DNA of 64,000 nt. Source: Bryobacterales bacterium. Its GTDB lineage: Bacteria > Acidobacteriota > Terriglobia > Bryobacterales > UBA6623. Within the stretch, counting starts at the first letter, position 1, and each line of letters begins with the position of its first letter. This document shows, in pieces, positions 9,210-18,593 of this stretch. The DNA lies in contig OY729428.2 in assembly GCA_963422375.2 (NCBI GenBank), positions 1,376,001 through 1,440,000 on the forward strand, given 5' to 3'. Below the pieces are notes generated by a model. That model worked only from the letters and a program-made list of their open reading frames with translations. It did no database searches and had not been told where the DNA came from. A program made the translations under genes and the position numbers.

Positions 9210-10671
9210 ATGTCCAGCGCCAACGCTCTCTCGCGACGGGAACTGCTCGCCGGGGCCGCGGCCGGAACCGGCCTGCTCGCGGCGTGCGGCGGGGAGACCT
9301 TGCCGGGGCCCCGGGCGACATTCCGTCCTAACTTCTTGATCCTCCTGTCCGACCAGCACCGGCCGGACTGGCTCGGGCGGAATCCCGCGATTCCGGTTCC
9401 CACTCCGCACATGGACAGTCTGGCCGCGCGGGGCGTCGACTTCACGCAGGTGATCGTCGCCTCCCCGGTCTGCGGCCCGTCCAGATCCTGCCTGGCCTCG
9501 GGCATGGAGTACGAGAATTGCGGCGTCGAGGTGAACCGCCAGCCCTACAGGCCCGAGATCACGACCTTACTACAAGCACCTCAGGGACAGCGGCTACCAC
9601 ACGATGGCGTGCGGCAAGATCGACCTGCACAAGGGATCGGCCGGCCGGACGCTGGACGGCCGCCAGAACATGGAGGCGTGGGGCTTCTCGGACATGCTGA
9701 TCACCGCGGGCAAGGGCGGGGGGTATCTCGGCGAGCCGGTCGGCCCGAAGGAGCCGTACTACGCTTATCTGGCGTCGCTGAACCCCCCGCTGGACTTGGC
9801 TTGCGCGGAGGATATAGCGAGGCGATCCGAGCCGCGGGAGGAGAACTGGTGGGGCCTGACCGAGCCCTGCCCGCTCGACGACGAGCAGTACCTCGACAAC
9901 TTCACCGCGCGGACCGGCATGGATCTGCTCGAGCGGGCGCCCGACGACAGACCTTGGTTCCTAATCGTCAACTTCAACGGCCCGCATCCGCCGATGGACA
10001 TCACACGGAGGATGGAGCGCCAGTACCGCGGCCCCGACAGGGCTATCGACGGCTTTCCCCAGCCCCAAGGCTACACGGGGCCGTTCGATGCGGAACAGCA
10101 CGTCCGCATCCGTCAGAACTACGCCGCGATGATCGAGAATATCGACCGCTGGCTGGGTGCTTTCCAAGATCGTCTGCGCGAGCGCGGCGAGCTCGACAGC
10201 ACTCTCGTCGTCTATTCCAGCGACCACGGCGAGATGCTCGGCGACCGCGGGCGCTGGGGCAAGAGCGTCCCCTACCAGGCCTCGGCCGGCGTGCCTCTGA
10301 TCATGGCGGGACCGGGCGTGGCGCGCGGCGCGCGGAGCGAAGCGGTCGTGAGCCAGATGGAGCTGGCGGCCTCGGTGCTCGACAGCGCCGGGCTGCGCGT
10401 CCCTAGCGACATGGAGAGCCGCTCGCTCCGGCCGCTGATGGAGTCGGGGAAGGGCGAGCACCGCGAGGTTGCCCGGTCCGCCCTGAAGGTCGGCCGCGCC
10501 CACGCCGGCCGATTCCGCATGGTGCAGGACCGCCGCTTCAAGCTCGTGGAGGGATTCTTCGAGAAGAGGGTCCTGTACGATCGCGAGGCCGACCCGCTCG
10601 AGACTGAGAACGTGGCGGACAGCAAGCCAGGCGAGGTGGCGCGCTTGGAGAGTTTCTTCGCGGATGCCTAG
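9210..10671 (+). pseudogene. Tat-exported sulfatase with a single +1 frameshift near 9567
   Basis: SRRELLAG Tat motif, PNFLILLSDQHR, CGPSR; ACC T TAC TAC AAG: removing one T gives TTYYKHLRDSGYHTMACGK joined to 9604..10671 (PHPP, SDHGEMLGD). Confidence 0.85.
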
Positions 10672-10825
10672 ACGCTGTCAATTCGCCGCGTTCGGGGGCC
10701 TTGGAAGGAGCACTTAGATGCGGAATGCCATTCCAGCTAGGGCGGTGCCATCCGTCCAATGGAGGCTGTGCCCGGTCACGCCGGCGGGCGGATCTGCTAA
10801 GCTGAAAGCCGTAGCCCCAGCACGA

Positions 10826-13702
10826 ATGAAAGCCCTGCCCGCACTCGTATCGACGCTTCTTTTGCTCTCGCCCCAGCCTGCGCCGGCCTCGGAACCGGCG
10901 GCCGTCGCGGCTGTCGCCACTGACGCAGGAAAGTTCGGCCAGGACGTCCGGGCCGATGTCGACGAGGTCCGCAGGGCCGTCCAGGCGTTCAAGCGGATCA
11001 CGGCCGCTGCCAGTCTCCGCCCGGGCCAGCACAAGGCAGGCCGGGCGGCAACGGCGGCGGGCCGGACTGCCTCCTGGCACGGGCGGGTCTTCGAGTACTT
11101 GCGCAATGACAGGCTGGACGCGGTGCCCCACGAGGTGGTCCAGCGCGGCGGGGATCGCAACCTGCGGCGCAGGAACCAGTTCGGCTTCACCGTCAGCGGC
11201 CCGGTCGTGGTGCCGAAGCTGTACGACGGCCGCCGGTCGACCTTCTTCACCTTGTCCTACGAAGGGACGCGCGAACGCGTCGGCCGGTCGTACCTCTACA
11301 CCGTACCGACGGACCAGCAGCGCCTCGGGGACTTTTCCGACCTGGTTGATCGCGCGGGCCGACCTCTGACGATCTTCGACCCGGCCTCGACGCGGCGCAA
11401 TCCAGCCCACGATGCGTCGAGGAAGGTCGGCCGGGCGAACCTCCTGCACGAGCGCGACGAGTTCCCCGGCAATCGCATCCCCGAATACCGCACGGACCGC
11501 GTGGCCCGGGCGGCGGTCGGAGCGTATCCCCGCCCCAACGCCAGCGCGGGCCCGTTCCTGCGCAACAACTACTGGACGAATCCTTCGGAGCGGAACTCGC
11601 CCGACGGATTCATCGCGCGCGTGGACCGCAGCATCGGCGACACGCACAAGATCACTGTCCGGGCCAACTCGTCTCACGGCGTCTCCGACACGCCGGACCT
11701 CTTCCCGACGGTCGCCAACCCGGGCCGGCCGGACCGCCTCTTCCGGAATAGGAGCGTCGAAGTCGCTGAATCGGCCAGCCTCACGCCGAACCTCGTGTAC
11801 AGGGGAGCCGTCGAGGCCGACCTGGACCTCATCGACACGCTTTCGTTGGTCGAGGGACGGGACCTCCCGCGCGAGCTGGGGCTCGACGGCGTGGACGGCA
11901 CGGTCTTCCCGTCGCTGCGGTTCCGCGGATACCGCGGCATGGGGGCGTCTCCGGGTTCCTTCTTGTGCAACGCCCTGGCCACTTACGAGTGGAAGAACGA
12001 ACTGACATTGCGTGACGGCAAGCACACCTGGACGGTGGACAGCGACAGCAAGTTCGTCCGTTTCGGCACCCACGAGCTGGACGCCCCATCCGGCGAGTTC
12101 TCGTTCAGCGACCGCATCACCGGCTTGCCGGGGGTCACCAATACCGGCGACGGGTTCGCGACGTTCCTGCTGGGCGAGGCGTGGCGGGCGGAGGCGACCG
12201 ATCAGCCGCATCCGGCGTACCTGCGCCGCAGCGAGTTCGAGAACTCGCTCGCCGACCAGTGGCAGGTCGCCCCGAACCTCACCCTGACACTGCGGCTCAG
12301 GATGAGCGCTTCCAGCCCGCGGACCGAGAAGCACGACCGCCAGTCGACCTTCGACCCGGGGGCGGAGAACCCCTCCGCGGGAGGCGAGGGCGCGCTCGTG
12401 TTCGCGCGCCGGGACGGCGCCGGCCGCGCCTTCCAGCCGTACCGGGTCCGGTTCGAGCCGCGGCTGGGCGTCTCGTGGAGTCCCTCGTCGGACCGCGACA
12501 CCGTGGTGCGGGGCACCGCCATGCGCTACTACACGCCGGTTCCCCTGCGCACCGGGCCGTTCGGCACGCAGGGCTTTTCGGGCCGGCGCCTGCCGATTTC
12601 GCCCAACCGGCAGCTCGTCCCGGCAGTGACGCTGGAGGACGGCATCCCGGCCCTGCCCCACCCGCTGCCGGATTTGCGGGGCGACGTGGCGAACAACACC
12701 GACGTGGACATGATCCCCCGCACGGGCGCCCAGCCGACCTACAACTACCTCAGCCTCGAGGTGGAGCGCCGGCTGCCCGCGGGGCTGGCCGTGCGGGCGA
12801 GGGCGCGCACGATCCGCGGCCGCGACATGCTGATCGGCGGTCACATCGTCGGCATGAACGAGATCCCGGCGAGCGCGCTGGTGTATCGCGACCGCTTGAA
12901 CGACGAGGCGTTCCGACGCTCGCTGCGCGCGTTCCCGCACGTGCAGCGGATCCGCTTGAACTACCAGTATCCGGGCGGCAAATACCGCTACGACGAAGGT
13001 CTCGTGAACCTGAAGAAGCGCACCGGCGACGGCCTCAGCTTCGATCTGGAGTACGCCTACCGCAAGCGCCGGGACGACTATTCGGGCCCGGGCATCCAGG
13101 TTCCCAGCGACCGCGGCACGGCTTGGGGCCTGAGCCGCGGGATGCGCCCGGAACGGTTTTCGATGAGTTACACCTACGAGCTGCCGTTCGGGCCGGGCAA
13201 GGTTCTCTTCGCGCGCGACAGGCTGTGGACGAAGCTGGTATCGGACTGGTCGGTGAGTGGCTTCACCTCTTGGTACAGCGGGGATCCGATCGCGCTAGAG
13301 CCCCTCTTCAACAACACGGGCGGGATCGTGCGCTATCTGCGCGTGGCCGCCGTCCCGGGCGCGGACCCGCACGTGGCCGAGCCCGGCCCGAACGCTTGGT
13401 TCAACGCCCATGCGTTCGTAGACCCCGCCGACTTCTCGCTTGGGAACGTGCCGCGCACGCACCCGACCCTGCGGAACCCGAGCTACCGCAACCACGACAT
13501 CGCCATCACGAAGCGAGTGGTGCTGCCTCGGGAGCAGACGGTAGAGCTGCTGGTGCAGGGCTTCAACTTCATCAACCAGGGCAACTGGAACGATCCCGAC
13601 GCGGAAATCGGCCCGGCCCATGCCCGGAACGTCAACGCCGGCAGGATCATCGGATCGCGCGGGGGGCGGGTGCTGCAGCTCGGCCTGCGCTACCATTTCT
13701 GA
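10826..13702 (+). CDS. Acidobacteria-type TonB-dependent-receptor-like outer-membrane barrel
   Basis: Signal peptide; HGRVFEYLRNDRLDA, RRNQFGFTVSGPV, EPRLGVSWSP, YELPFGPGK; C-terminus RVLQLGLRYHF. Confidence 0.85.
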   Translation: MKALPALVSTLLLLSPQPAPASEPAAVAAVATDAGKFGQDVRADVDEVRRAVQAFKRITAAASLRPGQHKAGRAATAAGRTASWHGRVFEYLRNDRLDAVPHEVVQRGGDRNLRRRNQFGFTVSGPVVVPKLYDGRRSTFFTLSYEGTRERVGRSYLYTVPTDQQRLGDFSDLVDRAGRPLTIFDPASTRRNPAHDASRKVGRANLLHERDEFPGNRIPEYRTDRVARAAVGAYPRPNASAGPFLRNNYWTNPSERNSPDGFIARVDRSIGDTHKITVRANSSHGVSDTPDLFPTVANPGRPDRLFRNRSVEVAESASLTPNLVYRGAVEADLDLIDTLSLVEGRDLPRELGLDGVDGTVFPSLRFRGYRGMGASPGSFLCNALATYEWKNELTLRDGKHTWTVDSDSKFVRFGTHELDAPSGEFSFSDRITGLPGVTNTGDGFATFLLGEAWRAEATDQPHPAYLRRSEFENSLADQWQVAPNLTLTLRLRMSASSPRTEKHDRQSTFDPGAENPSAGGEGALVFARRDGAGRAFQPYRVRFEPRLGVSWSPSSDRDTVVRGTAMRYYTPVPLRTGPFGTQGFSGRRLPISPNRQLVPAVTLEDGIPALPHPLPDLRGDVANNTDVDMIPRTGAQPTYNYLSLEVERRLPAGLAVRARARTIRGRDMLIGGHIVGMNEIPASALVYRDRLNDEAFRRSLRAFPHVQRIRLNYQYPGGKYRYDEGLVNLKKRTGDGLSFDLEYAYRKRRDDYSGPGIQVPSDRGTAWGLSRGMRPERFSMSYTYELPFGPGKVLFARDRLWTKLVSDWSVSGFTSWYSGDPIALEPLFNNTGGIVRYLRVAAVPGADPHVAEPGPNAWFNAHAFVDPADFSLGNVPRTHPTLRNPSYRNHDIAITKRVVLPREQTVELLVQGFNFINQGNWNDPDAEIGPAHARNVNAGRIIGSRGGRVLQLGLRYHF

Positions 13703-13705
13703 CCC

Positions 13706-14602
13706 GTGCGAGCGGCTGCGCCTCTCGTGCTCGCGCTGGCCCTGGCGTCGCTCGCGCGGGCCGAGGCCCTGAAGACGCCCGTCTGGGCCGAGGGGCCGGT
13801 CGGCGCGTTCGAGGTCACGCTCGACGGAGCGCGAGCGGAGGTGCTGTCCGTCCAGACGCCCGAGGACAACCTTGTCCTGCTGGTCGTGCTGGACACCGTG
13901 CGGTATCCCGACCGAGCCGTCGCGGCTGGCGAGGCGCTGGTCGCCGGGTTGCGCGGTCTCGGGCCGCGGTACTACGCCGGCCTGCTGACCGCGCAGGACG
14001 GGCTAACGGTCCTGCAGGACCCCATCCGGGGCCGCAAGAAGCTGCAGGAGGCCTTGGAATCGGTCGATGTCCGCGGCCTCCCCGGGCTGCTGGAGGTGAT
14101 CGCCGAGACTTCGCGGCTCGCCGACCGGACCTTTGCCGCCGCCAACGTGCGTCTGGCGGCCCTGTTCCTCACCGATGGGGCTATCGAGGACTATCGCGGC
14201 GACTACACGATTCCGGTGGTGAACCCGAGCGACCGCAGCGACCTGAGCCGCCGATTCCGGGGGCAGCTGATTCTCGAGCGCGTGCGCTCCATTGCCGACC
14301 AGCTGCAGTCGGCGCAAGCGCCGCTCTTCTTCCTGCACTTGGCTCGCAGCCACGACGAGCTCAACGAGGTGTATCAGAACGGCATCAGCGAGTTCGCCCG
14401 GCTCACCGGCGGCCAAGCGCTCTTCGCGCAGGCAGTGCAGGAAGTGCCGGCCATGGTAGGGCAGTTGCTCGACGCGATTGCCGGGCACTCGGTCCTGCGG
14501 ATCGAAGCGGACTGCGACGGAGCGCACCGGCTGGCCGTCCGTCTGGGCGGCGAGCCGGTCCGGCACAGGGAGTCGGTCAGCTGCCCGCCGGAGGCACCCT
14601 AA
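13706..14602 (+). CDS. Secreted hypothetical protein, VWA-like
   Basis: GTG 3 nt after the receptor stop; signal peptide; LLVVLD, LFLTDG, ARLTGGQA. Confidence 0.65.
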   Translation: MRAAAPLVLALALASLARAEALKTPVWAEGPVGAFEVTLDGARAEVLSVQTPEDNLVLLVVLDTVRYPDRAVAAGEALVAGLRGLGPRYYAGLLTAQDGLTVLQDPIRGRKKLQEALESVDVRGLPGLLEVIAETSRLADRTFAAANVRLAALFLTDGAIEDYRGDYTIPVVNPSDRSDLSRRFRGQLILERVRSIADQLQSAQAPLFFLHLARSHDELNEVYQNGISEFARLTGGQALFAQAVQEVPAMVGQLLDAIAGHSVLRIEADCDGAHRLAVRLGGEPVRHRESVSCPPEAP

Positions 14603-14659
14603 CGCCTGCCTTGCAGCAGTACCGGATCTGACGGCGGTTTATACTCACAAGCAAAGACG

Positions 14660-15586
14660 ATGCCCCTCCTGACTCGCGCGCTCGTCGCGGCCCTTGCGGT
14701 CCTCCTCTCCACTTGGACCGGCTTTGCTCAACAGGGCAATCGCGAGCGACCGCTTCCTCCCGGCATCACCAAGCACGCCGACGTGACCTACGCCTCGGTC
14801 GGCGGCCGCGACCTTCGCGTGGACGTATACGCTCCTGCTCAACGGCCGGACCCGCCGATCCCGGCGGTCGTGTGGGTCCACGGGGGCGGCTGGCGGGGAG
14901 GCTCGAAGAACGGCGTCGGCCGCTCGCTGCCGATCCTTGCCAGCGGATACGGCTTGGTCTCGGTCGAATACCGCCTGAGCGGCGAGGCGATCTTCCCCGC
15001 TGCGATCGCCGATGTCAAGGCCGCGATGCGCTGGGTGCGGGCCAACGCCGGAAACTACGGATTCGATCCTGCGCGCTTGGGCGCTTGGGGCTCGTCCGCC
15101 GGAGGCCACTTGGTGGCCTTGCTCGGCACGGCACACGAGGTCGAGGAATGGGACGGGCTTCACGAAGAGAACGCCGGCGTGTCCTCCCGGCCCGATGCCG
15201 TCTGCAACTGGTTCGGCCCGACGGACTTCCTGCGCATGAACGACATTCCCGGCCGGATCGACCACGACGCAGCGGATTCCCCAGAGTCGAAGTTTATTGG
15301 CGGGCCGATCCAGGATCATCCAGAGAAGGCCCAGCGCGCCAATCCGATCCGCTACGTCACTTCCGACGACCCGCCGATGCTGCACATGCACGGGGAATTG
15401 GACGGGTCGGTCCCGTACAACCAAAGCGAGCTGTTCCACGCGGCACTCGACACGGCCGGACTCGACTCGACTTTGTACATGGTCAAGGGCGGCGACCATG
15501 GGTTTCGCGGGATGGAAGGCGACACCCCGGAGAGCCTTCTCAAGATGGTCGTGGAGTTCTTCGACCGCACGCTGCGTCGGCCCTGA
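14660..15586 (+). CDS. Alpha/beta hydrolase (HSL/BD-FAE-like esterase)
   Basis: HGGGW, GSSAGGHL, HGELDGSVP, GGDHG; signal peptide. Confidence 0.92.
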   Translation: MPLLTRALVAALAVLLSTWTGFAQQGNRERPLPPGITKHADVTYASVGGRDLRVDVYAPAQRPDPPIPAVVWVHGGGWRGGSKNGVGRSLPILASGYGLVSVEYRLSGEAIFPAAIADVKAAMRWVRANAGNYGFDPARLGAWGSSAGGHLVALLGTAHEVEEWDGLHEENAGVSSRPDAVCNWFGPTDFLRMNDIPGRIDHDAADSPESKFIGGPIQDHPEKAQRANPIRYVTSDDPPMLHMHGELDGSVPYNQSELFHAALDTAGLDSTLYMVKGGDHGFRGMEGDTPESLLKMVVEFFDRTLRRP

Positions 15587-15899
15587 GGCGAGTTCGAGTC
15601 GGGACACCGAGGGGGCGGGGTACCGGTCTCTCTAGCATTCGTTCGTCCCCTACCTGGCTATCCACTGGGCAAGCTTGGGCGCGAACGCCTCAACGGCCAT
15701 GCTCCGTGTTGCTCGCGAGGCCTTGCAACGTTTGACGATAAGTGTAGATTTTCAAGCTAAACCGTGAGAATACGGCCATTCTTCACCGGATTGTTTCGCA
15801 GGGCGAAGCGCCTCCAAGTGGAATAAGTCGGGAATGGCCGCACTAGCGGGCACCTTGGTGGAGGCCTCTCGGCTGTACGGAAGCCTCCACGCCGCCCGC

Positions 15900-16180
15900 C
15901 GCCGCCATGCCGTCTTCGTCTGCTGCGATCGCCACGGCGCGCTGTGCGACACCGAGCTCGCCGACTCCCGGCCCCTGCCCGGCGGAAGTACATTCAAGGG
16001 CATGGCCCCGTGTTGTTTCGGGCTGGCCACCGGCCGCGACGAGCCTCGGGCGATCCTGCTCGTGGAAGGTGCCGTCGACGCCCTTTCGGCCGCGCAACTG
16101 GCGCTCCCGGGCCTGCCCCGGCAGACCCTCGTCGCCTCCGCGGCCGGTCTCGCCTCGGCCGCGCACCGCTGGCTGTCCGC
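15900..16180 (+). pseudogene. TOPRIM-domain remnant (DUF3991/plasmid mobilisation-primase-like)
   Basis: AVFVCCDRHG..EL..STFKGMAP..ILLVEGAVDALSA..LVASAAG. Confidence 0.5.
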
Positions 16181-16539
16181 CCCGCATAGCGCCGCTCCGA
16201 GCCAACGGGGACGCCCGGCCCGAGCGCCCCGGGCTGCTGCCCTCCGACTGCAAGACACAACCGCAGCCCCCAGCCCTTCACCGAGACATCACCCCTCTCT
16301 TCCTGCAGTAGCGGATCAAAGGGAGCAAGCGCTTCTTTCCACCGGAGGAATAATCTGAGAACTTCCGATGGAATTAATGTGAGATCCTACACTACGGGGC
16401 GCAAATCGCAGGACGCCGTTCCTCATTCGGCCTTCTCAATCGCAGGTCCCGTGTCCCGCACGTCCTGAACGGCCCACACCGAGAAACCGCCCCGCTCACC
16501 GACAATATTCGACGATTGGCAAGCGGCGATGGAGTCGGT

Positions 16540-17330
16540 ACGAAATCGCCTTGCCAGTCGAAGCCACGAAGCTGCAGCACCGTGCCGGTCGGCGGTGCCT
16601 GTTGCGGCTCTGCAGCGGTCACGGCCAGAAGCGTGTCGCGCCCCCTCCGAAGACAGCCACACCTTGGGGCTGCAGTTACGGGACCTCGAGCAAGAGTGCG
16701 GAGACCCGCCACCGCCCAATCACGCGCTTCGTGCCGCTCAAGTCGGACAAGTCGCTGGCGCCGCAGTGCTTCCGGCGGATCACCTCGCGGGTTGTGCGTG
16801 CGCACGGAACTGACTATCCAGATCCGCGACTTCCTGCCGGAGCGGGGCATCGCCGTGCCGCAGGGCAAGGCCAACTCGGCGGTGGGTTTGCCGCGCCTTC
16901 TCAAGGACGCGGAGATCGGCCTCGTGGGCCGCATGCGGCAGACCATCGACTCCATAGCGGCCGAGTGGTCGGGACCGAACCGGCGCGAAGCCGAGCTCGA
17001 CCGCGAGGCCGCGCTGGAGTCCAAGCGCAGCGAGGGCTGCCGGCGGCTGAACGGAGTCTTGACATCGGCGCACTGATCGCGACCGCGGTCGGCGATGGGA
17101 CGGCCTTAGGGATGGACTGGACCTGAAGCGGCGGGAGGACTCGCCAGGCGGCAAGAAGCGTCTAGGATGCATCAGCAAATGCGGCACGCGCTACCGGCTC
17201 ACGCTGCCGATGCGCGGGACCGGACGGGCTGGTAGCGCCGTCCAAGCAAGCGGGTCGACGGATTGGGCCGCTGGCTGTAGCGGATCCTGGCCGGTGAGCC
17301 CCGGCACGTGGTGGTCGCGGCCCTCGTCGT
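16540..17330 (+). pseudogene. IS110-family transposase, heavily degraded
   Basis: RFVPLKSD, RTELTIQIRDFLPERGIAVPQG, SEGCRRL..IGALIATAVGDG, GGKKRLGCISKCGTRY spread over shifting frames; ends approximate. Confidence 0.7.
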
Positions 17331-17911
17331 CCGTCTGAGGGGTGGTCTGTGGCACAAGCGGAAATCCGGCGATGGATTCAAGCCGTGATGCCAAACGGAG
17401 GATGCCCCCCAATTGTAATACAGCCTAACGAAAGGAGGGCACGTCGCTATATTTCAAGTCGGACCGCCAGATGCTATTGGATTTGTTTGTCTCTCCCTAG
17501 GTTCCTACGCGCCATACTGGCGCTGGTGGCATGAATACCGGCGCAAGACGCTCAATCTCACTGCTGGAACGGATGTGCATAACGCTTATTGCCCAGAATC
17601 CTGAGTCGCTTTCGAGTGATCGCAGGCAAGTGGCAGAGGATCTTCCAAACTATCAAACCATGGTCCGATGAGCAGCGAGGAGAGGAATCTCGGATCAAGG
17701 CGAGGCTAGCCCACTTTGACGTTGTTGCTATCGAACTTGATCATAGAAGCTGGTTTGCACACGACGAAGTTGCGTGAATCGTATATCAATTGCTGGCATC
17801 AGGATGAAGAATCACTTCTGGAGTTGAATGAGGATCGGAGTGGAGTTCGTCCCTTTAGCACTTCGAGTCTTGAGCCAACTAGTGGGGCAGGGAAGTCAGA
17901 GATCCTAAGTA

Positions 17912-18166
17912 GTGCCTGTGACAAAACTCGTATCCCCTGGACAACAAAGGCGTTAGGTCCAATCTCTCAAGGCGAAGATTTCACTGGAATGCTACGACTA
18001 GTCCGAAATCCTGCCAATTCTGGGTAGAGCGCGGAAATCTTCGCGATTGACGGCTGAGCAACTTCCGACCTTGGGCGCTATATATTGTGCTTGGAGATCC
18101 ATCCGACATCAAGATGTAGTATGAAATGCTGATCAGGCCAGAATTCAGGGGTTTTGTCACAAGCAC
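17912..18166. mobile_element. 255-bp MITE, copy 1
   Basis: TIR GTGCCTGTGACAAAAC / GTTTTGTCACAAGCAC; TAAGTA at 17906-17911 and 18167-18172; near-identical copies at 30014 and 62084. Confidence 0.9.
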
Positions 18167-18239
18167 TAAGTAGTGAGGTTGTGTGGGGAATCGTCGGCAA
18201 GAGCAGCGGATACATCAGACAATCGGGGGGCGTCTCACC

Positions 18240-18420
18240 ATGCGTCAGGGGACTCTAGGCGAGTTTTCCCAAGACCCACTCGGCATACCGCAGGCTGCGT
18301 TGGCGGCCAATCTAGGTGAGCAGGGGACACTGCTGCGTGAACTGCCGGTCCAACCGATGCCGTAGGCCGTTCGGCACCCGCGACGTCTAGGCCTACCCTG
18401 CATGCTTGCAGCACAGCGGA
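18240..18420 (+). pseudogene. Possible HigA-like antitoxin remnant
   Basis: GTLGEFSQDPLGIPQAALAANLG resembles HigA (EFLEPLGISQ..LA..LG); weak and frameshifted. Confidence 0.25.
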
Positions 18421-18593
18421 GCGCCCTTCGCGACCGGGCGTTCGTCGCTGGGCGCGCGGGTTCGTGCTTCCGACCGGCGGTGACCTCGCCATAGCCAAGG
18501 CAACGCACGACGGGAATCCGCCCCCGCTGCGACGAGGCTTCCGGTGACGACCCGGCGCATGCGTGCGAGCTCGCTCGCTTCCCCGCAGCCGCG

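Noticed and set aside
10538..14631. Long alternative ORFs (10538..12940 -, 12181..14631 +; also the 5' part of 57671..60256 and 28070..29548)
   Set aside because: Shadow frames of real GC-rich genes; Arg/Pro/Ala-rich with no motifs
17980..18166. Small ORFs overlapping MITE copies
   Set aside because: Start and stop positions differ between copies, so no conserved coding frame
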